Assembly: GCF_009914755.1 (NCBI RefSeq)
Contig: NC_060947.1
Source of the DNA: the human T2T-CHM13v2.0 reference genome, Homo sapiens
Strand: one strand, 5' to 3'
DNA length: 64,000 nucleotides
The notes below the pieces were generated by a model, which ran no database searches, was not told the origin of the DNA, and was given only the letters and a program-made list of their open reading frames with translations. The number at the start of each line of letters is the position of its first letter. Position 1 is the stretch's first letter. Both the position numbers and the translations under genes were made by a program. Shown here in pieces: positions 47,029 to 64,000 of the stretch.

Positions 47029-48877
47029 TTAGGTAGACCAAGAAAAAAGAGAGAAGACCCAAAGAAATAAAATCTGAAATGAAAAGGAGACATTAAAACT
47101 AATACCACAGAAATATCACAGAAATATAAAGGATCATGAGAGACCATTATGACCAACTATATACCAACAAACTGGAAAACCTATAAGAAATGGTTAAATT
47201 CTTGGACACATACAAACTATAAGAAATAGAAAGCCTAAACAGATCAGTAACAAGTAATGAGATCAAAGCAGTAATAAAAAGTCTCTGATCAAAGAAAAGC
47301 CCAGGAGCAGATGGCTTCCACAATGAATTCTACCAAACATTTTAAGAATATAAACTCTATTCAAATTATTCCCCAAAAAATTGAACAGTAGGGAATACTT
47401 CCAAGTTCATTGTATGTGGCCAGCATTACCCTGACAGGAAAACAAGACAAAAGATACAACAACAATAACAACAACAACAACAACAAAACTACAGGCCAAT
47501 ATTCCTGATGAACATAGATGTAAAAATTCCCAATAAAATACTAGCAAACCAAGTTCAACATCACATTAAAAAGATCATTCACCATGATCAAGTGGGATTT
47601 GCCACAAGGATGTAAAATGGTTCACCATACACAAATCAATAAATGTGTTATATCACATTAACAAAACTAAGGACATTTTTGTCCATGATGATTTCAATAG
47701 ATGCTGAAAAAAGCATTCAGTAAAATTCAGTATCTTTTCATGACAAAAACTCAACAAACTGGGTATAGAAGGAACATATCTCAAAACCATAAAGGCCATA
47801 TATGACAAACCCACAGCTAACATCATGCTGAATGGGGAAAAATTGGTAGTCTTTCTGGGGAAAAATTGGCAGTCTTTCCTCTAAGAAATGAAAGAAGATA
47901 AGGATGACCAATTTTACTATTTTTATTAAACATAGTCCTGAAAGTCCTAGCCAAAGTAATTGGGCAAGAGAAAGACCTAAAGGGCATCCAATTTGGAAAG
48001 AATGAAATTAAATTATCCTTGTTCATTGATGACATGATCTTATATCTAGAAAAACCTAAAGACTCTACCAAAAAATTATTAGAACTGATAATCAAATTCA
48101 GTAAAGTTGCAAGATACATAATCAACATACAAAAATCAGTAGCATTTGTATATGCTAACAGCAAACAATTGGAAAAATAAATCAAAAAAGCAATCCCATT
48201 TATAATTGCTACAAAAAAATACCTAGGAATAAATTTAACCACAGAAGTGAAAGATCTCTTACAAAGAAAACTATGAAACACTGATGAAATAAATTGAAGA
48301 GGATACAAAAAAATAGATATCTCATGCTTATGGATTGGAAGAATTAATACTGTTAAAATATCCATACTATCCAAAGTGATCTACAGTGGTCTCTTCACTC
48401 TATTGATTGTTTCCCTTGCTACCCATACAATATGATACAAAATGATCTACAGATTGCAATCCCTATCAAAGTGCCAACAACATTCTTGATGGAAATAGAA
48501 AAAACAATCCTAAAATTCATATGAAACCACAAAAGACCCCAAATAGCCACAGCAATCCTGAGAAAAAAAGAACAAAGCTGGAGGCATCATACTACCTGAC
48601 TTCAAAATATGCTATAAAGCCATAGTAACCCCAAACAGCATAGTACTGGCATAAACGCAGGCACATAGACCAATGGAACAGAATAAAGAACACAGAAATA
48701 AATCCACACATTTACAGCCAACTCATTTTTGACAAAGATGCCAAGAACATATATTGGGAAAGAACAGTTTCTTCAATAAATGATGCTGGGGAAACTGGAT
48801 AACCATATGCAGAAGAATAAAACTAGACCCCTGACTCTCACTATATACAAAAATCAAATCAAAATGGATTAAAGAAA

Positions 48878-49000
48878 GCCAGGCATGGTGGTGTGTGCCT
48901 GTAGTCCCACTACTTGAGAGGCTGAGGCAGAAGGACTGATTGCTTGAGCCCAGAAGTTCAAGTCCAGCCTGGGCAACATGATGAGACCCCCTATCTCTTA
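48878..49000 (+). mobile_element. FLAM/FAM-type Alu monomer
   Basis: Single monomer; short TSD taaaga. Confidence 0.8.
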
Positions 49001-51363
49001 AATAAAGACTTAAATGTAAGACCTGAAACTATAAAACTACTGGAAGAAAATGCTGAGGAAATGCTTCAAGACATTGGTCTTGGCAGAGATATTTTGTGTA
49101 AGACCTCTAAAGCACAGGCAACACAAGCAAAAATAGACAAATGGCATTACATCCAGGTAAAAAGCTTCTGCACAGCAAGGGAAACAATCAATAGAGTGAA
49201 GAGACAACCTATGGAATGAGAGAAAATATTTTCAAACCATATATTAAATAAAGGGTGAATATGCAAAATAGAAAAGGAACTCAAATAACTCAACAGCAAA
49301 AAATAATAATCTGATTAAAAATGGGCAAGTGATCTAAATAGACATTTCTTTTTCTTTTAGATTTGCCGTTAACAATGAATATATATTTCTTAAAAGAAGA
49401 CATACAAGTAGCCAACAGATATATGAAAAATGCTCAACATCACTAATCAGGGAAATGCAAATCAAAACCACAATGAGATATCATCTCACCCCAATTTAAA
49501 TGGCTATTATATTCAACCTGAGAAAACTGATAAAAATGGCTATTATAAGACAAAAATAACAATTGCTGGTAAGGACGCAGAGAAAGGAGAACTCTCATAC
49601 ACTGCAGATGGAAATTTAAATTAGTACAGCCATTAATGAAAATAGTATGAAGTTTCCTCAAAAAAACAAAAAAACTACCATATGATCCAACAATCCCACT
49701 GTTGTGTATATATTCACAAGAAAGGAAATCAATATATTGAAGAGATATCTGTACTCTCATATTTATTGCAGCACTATGCATAATAGCCAAGATATGGATT
49801 CAACCTAAGTGTCCAGCAAGAAATGAATAAAGAAAATGTGGTATATATACCACAGTGAAATATTATTCAGCCATAAAAATGAAATAAATACTTTCATTTG
49901 CAGAAACATGGATAGAACTGAAGGGCATTGTGTTATGTGAAATAAACCAGGCACAGAAAGACAAATATTGCATGTTCTCACTCATATATGAAAACGAACA
50001 AACAAACAAAAAAAGGACCTCATGGAGGTATAGAATAAAATAGTGATTACCAGAGGCTGTGAAGGGTAGAGGGAGGGAGGATGAAGAGAAGTTGGTTAAT
50101 GGGTACAAAACTACAGTTAGAAGCAAAAAGTTCTAGTGTTTGATAGCACAGTAGAGTGACTATAGTTAACAATAATTTATTGTATATCTCAAAATAGCTA
50201 CAAGAGAAGATTTGGAATGTTTTCAACACAAGTAAATAATAAATATTTGAGGTGATGGATACCCCAATGACCCTTATTTGATCATTATACATTGTATACA
50301 TGTATCAAAATATATGTACCCCCAGAAATATATGTACAACCATTATATATTAATTAAAAACTTGAGTTATTCAATACTTTTCCCTCTAATCAGACTCCTA
50401 ACTTTAGCTTCCACCTCTTTTTCTACCCCCTAAAGCTTGTGTTTCCTTCCCAAAACATGAATTGGCTTATGTAAATTCTTTGTTCAAAATATCTCCTGGT
50501 TCCCAGTGGCATATAGAATACATATCTGCCAGTTTTGTACAGCATAGCCACATTTTGATTTCTTCCCTTTCAACTGTATGTCCTACTATACTCCAATGTC
50601 CCTTTCATCACACACACAGTCTGTGGATCTCCCTCAGCACTCCCCCATCTTCTGGATATATCTGGATGCTCCTGGCCCAGGGGCTTGGCTCAGACCTTTT
50701 CTGTTTGAGTTATGTACTATATTGAATGCCTAACCATACTCCCTATCCAGTTTCAGTTTTCACTCCTAGCTGATGACTTGGATAAGAGTCTCTTGAGTTA
50801 GAAATAGTTTTTATCAATAACATGGGAGTAACAATGCATATAATAGCAATAGCTCACATGAATCAAGCTCTTAATTACTGTGCCAGGCACTGTTAATGAC
50901 AAAAATGATAAATGTCCTCCAGGATAAAGGGACCTAAGAGACAGTTTGATCAAATGTCCTTACACCCTCAAAGAGGGTTTCCTGATATAACAGGTCCAGC
51001 CTCTGTCTACTTGCCCTTTTCTATTCCAACTTGTCAGGAGAAGAGGGGCCATACCCTGTTAAGTCCAGTGAGTAGAATCACTTCATTCATCAAGGCGGGA
51101 CGTGGCTTGTTTATGCATGAGGTAGTTATTCCACTCTGGTTTAATTTCTTTTAAAATGGGGATGATGACAATTGTGGTTGTTGTACAGATAAAAACTCAT
51201 GTACAGTGTCAAGCATAGGACCCATGGTTAAGAGCTATTAATATTCAGAATATTAACACATCACAGGGTACCTGTAAAACACTTCTTAAAGAACTACAGT
51301 GCCTTCAACCTAGCCTGGCTCTTATTTATTTGACACTTCAGTGGGGAACAAGAATTCAATTTT

Positions 51364-51794
<431 letters not shown>

Positions 51795-51983
51795 TTATTG
51801 CCTCTTCCATGATTAGAAAATAAGTTTTGAACTTTGGGGGCTTTAAGGAGTGGAAATGAGAAAAGTAAATACAGAGGCTGTTAGCCCTTCTTAAGGGAGA
51901 ATACTACTGTCTTCTGTGTATCTTCATGTTGGGACTCAGTCTGAGCTGGAAGTATTCAAATTAATGCACTGAGGAGCTGGATT

Positions 51984-52464
51984 ATACAAAAATTAGCTGG
52001 GCATGGTGGCATGCACCTGTAATCCCAGCTACTTGGGAGGCTAAGGCAGGAGAATTGCTTGAACATGGGAGTCAGAGGTTATAGTGAGCTGAGATCACGC
52101 CACTGCACTCCAGCATGGGCGACAGAGCAAGACTCCGTCTCTAAATAAATAAATAAATAGGGCCAGGAGCGGTGGCTCATGCCTGTAATCCCAGCACTTT
52201 GGGAGGCCGAGCAGGCGGATCACGAGGTCAGGAGATAGAGACCATCCTGGCTAACACGGTGAAACCCTGTCTCTACTAAAAATACAAAATAATTAGCTGG
52301 GCGTGGTGACAAGCACCTATAGTCCCAGCTACTCGGGAGTTCTGAGGCAGGAGAATGGCGTGAACCTGGGAGGCAGAGCTTGCAGTGAGCGGAGATCGCG
52401 ACACTGCACTCCAGCCTGGGCGACAGAGCAAGACTCCCTCTCAAAAATAAATAAATAAATAAAT
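51984..52464 (+). mobile_element. Alu right arm (51984-52159) with a younger AluY/Sc (52162-52464) inserted at its tail
   Basis: Both have (TAAA)n tails; TSD aaataaatagg. Confidence 0.92.
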
Positions 52465-52738
52465 AGGGTTCAATTGTACTTAACTATTTGAAGTATTTAA
52501 AACCAAGCATAACCTCTGAGCTAAAATGAGTGATTTTGTAAATATTTAGGCAGTGGTGTGAGGAAGTAATTCACCCCCAAAACACACTAATGTACATTTA
52601 GTTATAATGAGACTGAAGCAGGGAGATGAAGGCCAAGTCCTTCTGCTGTTGTTCTTAAGCCTTTGGTAAAGCAACATAGGGAGTGGCATCTTTAGATTTG
52701 TCTAAAAAAAACAAAGAACAGTTACAAATAAAATTCCA

Positions 52739-52794
52739 TGCACATGTATCCCAGAACTTAAAGTAATATATATATATGGCAAAAAACCACAAAA
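52739..52794 (+). mobile_element. Extremely 5'-truncated L1PA 3' end
   Basis: tgcacatgtatcccagaacttaaagt; exact 15-bp TSD acaaataaaattcca (52724-52738, 52795-52809). Confidence 0.9.
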
Positions 52795-54047
52795 ACAAAT
52801 AAAATTCCAGACAGAAAGACGATGCAAATATTAGAGAATTATACACAAAGTATGCCTTGCAGCTGCCACACAAACTCAACATTATGAAACTATCAAATGC
52901 ACAAATGAACACTCTCTTGAGGAATTTCTAATATCAAAGGAATTGTTTTCTTCCCTTTTGGTGGTACAATTATGAAGAGGTGGGTTTTGCAGAATTTGTT
53001 TAGTGGTGGTAGGGTGGCTGTCAATTCAGGGTTGATTCAAACCTCTGTTAATTTGAAATACTCTTCCATTTTCTCCAGTAGTGAAGACTTATTTGTAGGT
53101 CATGAGATCAAAAGGTGACTACCTGAGACCGTGGAAAACCTAAAGTTGTGTCAAAGAACTATTGCCAGGGAAAAAACATCAAGATGAGTTTATTGTTAGT
53201 TTTGCTGCAGAGAGAGAGAGAGAGAGTGTGTGTGTGCATGCAGTAATGGAAACATGTGCAGATCTGATGGTGGGTTGTCCAAAACAAGCAGCCCCTGAGT
53301 GCTGTCATCCTAACACCATAGGTAGGGCTCACAGTCAGTCTTGGCTGACTCCCACAGTCAGGTTGGGAGGATGAAAGAAACCTCCACTATCTCAGGAGGC
53401 ATGGAAAGCTCAGAGGAAACGAAAGACAAGGTTTGATGAGCTGCTTTTCTGGTTTTCATAGTGGTCTCTTAATAGAATTCTGAAAAGGAAAAGGAGCCAC
53501 AAGAAAAAAGAGAAAGAAAATGTTCTCATCTATTTCCAAATTCTAAGGCATGACCTTCCCCCAAGAAACTCTTGGTAGATGTTTTCTCCCTTTCTCTTAT
53601 TTGCAAATATAATAGAACTGTTTTATGTAATCAGTACTGGGAATAGGGAACTAATATTGGCCCATAAAACAGCCTACTTTGGGGATCGGCTATTTAGGGA
53701 GATTTGATAATAGATTTGAACATGCCCAAAATGAGCTCTATTACACTAGCCTTCTTTAGACTATATTCATGCAGAGAAAGGATCCTAAATCCTAAAATAG
53801 GAGAGTGAAAGTGAGGAGTCAGACAGGGAGAAAAGGCCTGTAGTGTCACAATTTGCAGATTGGGAACTTCCAAAAGGATTAAATACAATGTTAACTCCAT
53901 TAACTAGGATGCTGAGTAGACGTAAAGCCCACCTGACATGGTTGTTTTGTTCTGTTTTTTAGTAGCTGCCAGGCATTTAAGAAAAAGCCTTTTCTGTGAC
54001 CCCCCACACCCACATTGATGTTGACCTTGCATTAAAATGACTAGTTC

Positions 54048-55307
54048 TGTTATGGGATCTTTGGAGTGTCAATTTTCTGGCCAGAAACCTCTGTGGCTGG
54101 TGACATCTTTGCCCTAGTTCTTGTCCTGTGTCCAGGAAGAATGAGGTATGCGACAAGTGAAGAGTGAACAAGACAAAGAGGCGCCTGAGTTCTTGTCCTG
54201 CATCCAGGAAGAATGAGGTATGCGAACAAGTGAAGGGTGGACAAGGAGGAAGAGGAGCTTTATTAAGTGTTAGAACAGCTCAGAGGAGAACCACAGTGAG
54301 TAGCTCCTCTCTGTAAGCAGGTAATCCCATCTCTCCATCCTCTGCCCTGCTCTGGCTGAGCCCAGAACTTCTAGGGACCTCAGAGGGGAGGAAGTGTGTG
54401 CTGATTGTTCCATGGGCAGCCATGGGTGGGCCCAGAAAAGGCACCACAGGTCCTCACTCCAGTCGTCAGGACTGGCCGCCTGGCCTGAAGGTGGGGTCTT
54501 ACTGAGGACCTGCCCTCTTCCACCCAGGAGCCTGTCTGCCTCCCACAGCAGTCCATGGCGCCCAGGCTGCTTGCACCGAGGGGCACTTGCAGGCCAGTGC
54601 TGAGCTGCCCTCAGCCCCCCTTAGCTTCCTCTCTCATGTTCGTGGGCACTCAAATTCTGGAGGGGGCCAAGGCAGCAGGGCACTGGCATGTCAGCACTGC
54701 CCTGAGCCTACACACATCCTCCGGGCTGTGACAGCACCTCCGGCTCGGCCCCAACTCCTCTCTGAGATGAGATCAGAGCAGGTGCCTGAGGGAAAAGAGA
54801 ACAGGCAGTGGGAGCAGACACACCTGAGCCTGTGGTGGTGGGGCTTCCTGGCCCCCAAGGATGCAGGCTGCAGAGATGCCCGTGTCCTGCACCTGGGAGG
54901 GTAGCTACAGATGCACCTGAGGAGCTCCTGCCCCACCAACTTGGAAGGGGTGGGGCTCCCACTTGTCCCTGGCTCCTGCCCGCTCTGTGGAGCCAGAGGC
55001 CTGGGTCTGCAGCCACGGATTGGGCAGTTATAGTTGCACTCAGGAGGACAGGGATCCTGCCTGCTCCTGGCTCCCTCGAAGAGCACAGGGAGGCTCAGAT
55101 CTGCAGCCCAGTAGGGTCGGGGCTCCTGCCTGATCCATGGAGCTGGAGGCCCAGGTCTATAGCTGCAGTTTAGGCGACTGCAGTGGCACCCGGGAAGCTC
55201 CCTCCCCAACCTGGAAGGGGTGGGGCTCCCACCAGCTCCATGGAATGTGCAGCCCCAGCCATGCCTCCCTGCTGCAGCCAGCATGATTGCAGCAGCCGCT
55301 GCCATCA
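54048..55307 (-). mobile_element. MER52 solo LTR
   Basis: tgttatgggatctttggagtgtc..gcagccgctgccatca; exact TSD gttc; GC-rich; internal ~71-bp tandem duplication 54113-54256. Confidence 0.88.
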
Positions 55308-55340
55308 GTTCTACTTTCCTGCCTTAGAAATTGGTGATGG

Positions 55341-55818
55341 TATAGCAGGAATTTTAAGGAATCAGAGAGACTGATGGGGTTCAGGGGGATATTTATTAAT
55401 TATTTAGGTGCACCAGCCCAGTTGGATTAACATCCAAAGGACTGAGCCCCGAACAAAGAGTTAAGTTACCTTTTAAGCATTTCATGGGGTCGGGGGAGAT
55501 CTGTGCAGGGGGAAGCGAGAAACAAAGGCAGTTATTCAATTGAGACATGCATTACTTCATTTCTTACTTTTTAAGGAAAAACATGTTTTGTGAATTGAGT
55601 TTATCTGTCTAGTGACCTTGCAGCTGCACAGCTAGGGAATCAGAGTCTTCACAATGCCTGGGAAGGGAGGAGAGATAAGGCTCACTAGCCACAGAAAAAT
55701 AGGCAGTTAGTTTTTAAAGGACTCTAGCTCTTTCTCTTTCTCAGAGGGAATTGGGTTTTCTTACGTACAACTGAATTTCTGCTTACATACTCTTTAATTT
55801 CTTTTAATTCCTGTTCCA
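55341..55818 (-). mobile_element. LTR15-like solo LTR (ERV1)
   Basis: Minus strand begins tggaacaggaattaaaagaaattaaagag; exact TSD atgg. Confidence 0.8.
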
Positions 55819-56297
55819 ATGGGAATGAGATCTCCTAGTTTTGGACTGGGGCTAGCAGGGCCTCGGGTGCACCACCACTTGGCAACATCAGCCTCTGTCC
55901 AGAATCCTGAACCTGTAAGCTAGAACAGGGTTAGCTGACAGTGTCCTGAACCCAAGAAGGTTGGGAGGGTGGGGTTGGATTGGAGTATGCAGGATTGACA
56001 ATGGTATACCTCTTCTCCAAACTACTGGCTGGGCAGAAATCTTGAGTTCTAATGAATCTGAACCTAGTTAGGCTAACCTTTCCTTAGCACCTTTCCTTAG
56101 CAGTAAAGGCTAAAATATCAAGTCAGTATCCAGGGCTTCAGCAACTCTTGTGTCCCAGTAAGACAAGCCACAAATACCTTTGGCCCCATTATCAGGCCTC
56201 CATTGCCATAAAATCTTTTTAACTCTCAAGAGGTTACAGAGAATGAATTACTCCTTAATCATACTTGAAGCAAACCTTCTGTCTAAAAATCCAACGT

Positions 56298-56833
56298 AGC
56301 CAGGCATAGTGACTGGAGCCTGTGATCCCAGACACTTAGGAGGCTGAGGTGAAAGAATTGCTTGAGACCAGGAGTTTGACACCAGCCTGAGCAACATAGT
56401 GACTCCCATCTCTAAATAAATAAATAGACAGATAGGTAAGTAAATACATAGACAAATTGATAGAATGATAGATAGATAAGTGAGTAATAAATAGATTAGG
56501 TAGAGATAGATAGCCAGCTAGGTAACTAGCCAACCAGCTGTCTCAAAAAAAAAAATGGCTGGCTGTGGTGGTTTATGTCTCTAATCCCAGCACTTTGGGA
56601 GGCTGAGGCAAGAGGCTCTCTTGAGTCCAGGAGTTCAAGACGTTTGGGCAGCATAGTGACACCCTGTCTCTAAAAAAAATTAAAAATTAGCTGTGTGTGG
56701 TGGTGTGCACCTGTAGTTCCAGCTACCCTGGAGGCTGAGGTAGGAGATCAAGGCTGCAGTGAGCCATGACTGTACCACTGCACTGCAGCCTGGACGACAG
56801 AGCAAGATCCTGTGTCAAGAAAAAAAAAAAAAG
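56298..56833 (+). mobile_element. FLAM (56298-56425) with GATA-rich tail, followed by AluJ (56556-56833)
   Basis: Alu monomer and dimer sequence. Confidence 0.85.
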
Positions 56834-56837
56834 AAAC

Positions 56838-57824
56838 GGTTTTTTCCCTCTACTTTCTCACAGTTAATACAATACTCAGCACAAAACACTTTTGACATCA
56901 GATTCTCCAGTGAACACCAACTGGGTGTCTTATGATTTAATTCAATTCTGACACTATCTACCTGGAGATAGTGTCAGATCCTATGGGTTAACGGCTCAGT
57001 CCCATGAGATTGTGGCCCCCATTTCAGATGCCAGTCACAAGCACTAGATTGTCACTTATACTTCTGACTCCCTGGGTATAAATTGCAGGGTCCTACAACC
57101 CCCTCCTCAGGTTCAATTAATTTGTTAGAGTGGCTCACAAGACTCAGAAACACTTACTTACATTTACTAGTTTATTATAAAGGATACAGAATAACAGCAA
57201 AATGGAAAAGATGCATAGGGCAAGCTATCAGGAGGAGGGTGCAGAGCTTCTATACTCTCTCTAGGTGTATAACCTTCCAGGCACCTCTGTGTGTTCAGCA
57301 ATCTGGAAGCTCATCAAATCTCATTGTTCAAGAGTTTTTATAGTTCTGGTGTTCTATGGCACAGTAGGGTGACTATAGTAAACAACAAGGTGTTGTAGAT
57401 CTCAAAATAGCTAGAAGAGAGGATTTATATGTTCCTATCACAAAGAAATAATACATGTTTGAGGTGTTGGATATGCTAATTACTCTGATCATTTGATCAT
57501 TACACAATGTATACATGTATCAAAACAAAATCACATTAGGCTGCGTGCAGTGGCTCATACCTGTAGTCCTGACACTTTGTGAGACCAAGGCAGGAGGATC
57601 GCTTGAGGCCAGGAGTTTGAGACAAGCCTAGGCATCATAGTGATACCCCATCTCTACAAAAAAATTTTAAAAATTAGTTGGGCATGGTGGTGTGTACCTG
57701 TAGTCCTAACTACTTAGAAGGCTGGGGCAGGAGAATCCCTTGAGCTCAGGAGTCCAAGGCTGCTGTGAGTTATAATCAAGCGACTATACTCCAGTGAGGG
57801 CAACAGAGTGGAGACCCTATCTCC

Positions 57825-57874
<50 letters not shown>

Positions 57875-58565
57875 ACATTATACCCCATAAATGTGTACAA
57901 AATCATGTCAATGAAAAATACTTCATTTTTATGTTTTATTATTAATATTTTTAGAGACAGGGTATCACTCTGTGACCCAGGCTTCAGTGCAGTGACCTGA
58001 TCATAGTTCACTGCAGCTGTGAACTCCTGGGGTCAAGCAATCCTCCCACCTCAGCCTCCTGAGTAGCTAGGACTACGGGTATGCACCATCATGCATGGAT
58101 AATTAAAAAAAATTTTTTTTGTAGAGATGGGGTCTTGCTAGGTTGACCAGGCTGAACTTGAAATCCTGCCCTCAAGCAATACTTCTACCTTAGCCTCCCA
58201 AAGTGCTGGAATTACAGGCATGAGCCACTATGCCTAGAAAAAAAATTTATTAAAAAGAGTTTTTATAGAACTCATCCCTTAGCCCTGTTTTCCCGCCTTT
58301 CCTGGATGTTGGTGGGTGAGGCTGAAAGTTCCAACTTGCCAATCCTCTAATCCTCTATTACCTGTTTTTTCAGGTGACTGGCCCTATCCTGGGCTACCTG
58401 GGAGTCACACTCTGAGTTATATCATTAGCATAAACTCAGATGTAATCCAAAGGGACACATTATAAATAAGAAGATAATACTATTTCTCAGGAAATTTCAA
58501 GGGTTTTAGGAGCTCTGTGACGGGAACCAGGGACAAAGACCTAATATATTTCTTATAATATCATA
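56838..58565 (-). mobile_element. MER21 LTR interrupted by an L1MA 3' fragment (57344-58254) that holds two Alus
   Basis: ttcaattctgacactatctacctggagatagtgtcagatcc; L1 flanked by exact TSD aagagtttttatag; AluJ + 57539-57824 with (CA)n tail, AluJ - ~57945-58235. Confidence 0.82.
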
Positions 58566-58823
58566 GGACTATTTCCCTCAATATGACTTTAAAAAGGTTC
58601 AGTTTTTATGATGCTCAGCTTCCCCCATGACCAGGGTGACACTATTTGTAGTAAAGAGGGACAGAACAGCTGACAGCTGATAGTCAGTTGTCAGGACACT
58701 AATATTTCTTTATTCTGTTACCAAGCATAGCATTAACAGAAAGGACACAGTGCAATTCATTAGCTAGGTTTGCATCCAAGACTTGGACGAAAATGAAAGA
58801 GTATTAAAAGCGGGTAGAAACTT

Positions 58824-59977
58824 TGAAAGGAAAATAAATCTCGGAACCCCCAAATCACTAAGCCAAAGGGAAAAATCAAGCTGGAAACTGTATCGGACAA
58901 ACCTGCCTCTCATTCTATTCCTAAATAAGATAGTTACAAAGATTTGTTTAAAAGCTACATACCCCTGTCACAATTTGCCCATAAGGAAAATCCTCATGGA
59001 CAAAGGACAGACAGAACTCAAAGTCATCCCTCTGCTGCTGTGCAACAAATGCATATCTGATTGCTTCCTTTGCCCTATTGTTTCACTAAGCCAGACTAAG
59101 GCATAAGTGACTATTCCCGTAAATTGTGTATTCAGTGAAAGGCTAATCAGAAACTCAAAAGAATGCAACCATTTGTCTCTTATTTACCTATGACCTGGAT
59201 GCCCCCTCCCTGCTTCGAGTTGTCCCACCTTTCTGGACCAAACCAATGTATATCTTACATATATTAATCGATGTCTCATATCTCCCTAAAACGTATAAAA
59301 CCAAGCTGTATCCCAACCACTTTGACCACATGTTGTCAGGACATACCGAGGCTGTGTCACAGGCGCATCCTTAACCTTGGTGGAAGGAACATGGCTGCAC
59401 TGAAGCCAGGCAGACATAGGCTGAGGTAAACATCCTGCATGACTCAACAAGTTTGGTGTACAGGCACATAAATCCACGTGTTATATAATCACAGACATGT
59501 AGCCATAACATGGGAAGGCTCATCACTCAGCTCAGAGCCACTATTGTCTGTAAAAGGTACAACTACCCTGTTAATGCTGTACAGGTGTGCCCAGAGAAAG
59601 AGAGAGCCAGAGCTGTCTGTCTTGCAGATGGACAGCGGGAAGCCAGGACACAGTTTGGCTTGCTTGCACCCAGAGGGAAAGAGTTAAGCTGCTGACCCTG
59701 AAGGGAGAGCTGGCCGTGTGGCTGCGCGTGGGAGCAGGTACAGCAGTTAGCCAAGACAGAGACAGACAGTGTAAGAGAGCTGCTGAATAAAACCATCTTT
59801 CACCTGCCTACAACCCACCCCCTCCCCTGCCCTGAGTGTTCTTTCAGCTATCTGCCACCCATCCACCCACTCCCTTCTGACCTCAGCATAGGCTGGAACC
59901 TGACCCTGGACCTGACACTTGGCAAAATAAATTTTCTAAATTGATTGAGACTCATCTCAGATACTTTTTGGTTTACA
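58824..59977 (+). mobile_element. MER4A/MER4A1 5' LTR, interrupted by an ERVL LTR
   Basis: tgaaaggaaaataaatctcggaacccc..tttttggtttaca; followed by PBS tggtgaccacagagggact (tRNA-Arg-like) at 59981-59999. Confidence 0.88.
59381..59917 (+). mobile_element. ERVL solo LTR related to LTR18 (LTR32/LTR18C-like)
   Basis: Shares blocks with the LTR18B copies (catgactca, gccactattgtctgtaaaaggta, gagttaagctgctgaccctgaagg); exact TSD cttgg. Confidence 0.85.

Positions 59978-64000
<4,023 letters not shown>

Noticed and set aside
47837-47880. 23-bp tandem duplication in L1MA (also 11-bp duplication at ~63491)
   Set aside because: Ordinary slippage-type duplications.
54587-55374. 204-aa and other GC-rich ORFs
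   Set aside because: Lie wholly within the MER52 LTR; stop-poor because of GC content, with no protein motifs.
56948-56977. 12-bp-stem hairpin ctgacactatct..agatagtgtcag
   Set aside because: Recalled as a feature of the MER21 consensus; no evidence for a separate ncRNA or terminator.

Overview
Primate (hominoid, human-like) genomic DNA that is mostly interspersed repeats. I found no intact protein-coding gene, tRNA/rRNA, CRISPR array or other prokaryotic system. Main content: a full-length but disabled L1PA4-type LINE-1 (14893-21028); an old near-full-length L1MA (44287-50360); about 20 Alus; many solo LTRs with recognisable target-site duplications (TSDs); an internally deleted HERV-S/HERVL18 provirus (36974-40465); an ERVL gag/pro/RT remnant (~25.7-29.1 kb); a MER4-group provirus running off the right edge; and processed pseudogenes of SFR1 and EEF1A1, both on the minus strand. 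The best non-routine signals are: (i) short locally templated insertions, including an LTR18B piece copied into the EEF1A1 pseudogene, an inverted 32-nt copy inside the L1MA, and a 45-nt direct copy in the ERVL; (ii) an unidentified polyadenylated retrocopy nested in the EEF1A1 pseudogene; (iii) an SFR1 retrocopy that records an alternative 5' splice form; (iv) a CpG-retaining unique segment with promoter-like motifs. I cannot support a novel multi-gene biological system here. Repeat subfamily names come from recalled consensus sequences, not a database search, and need RepeatMasker/Dfam confirmation.
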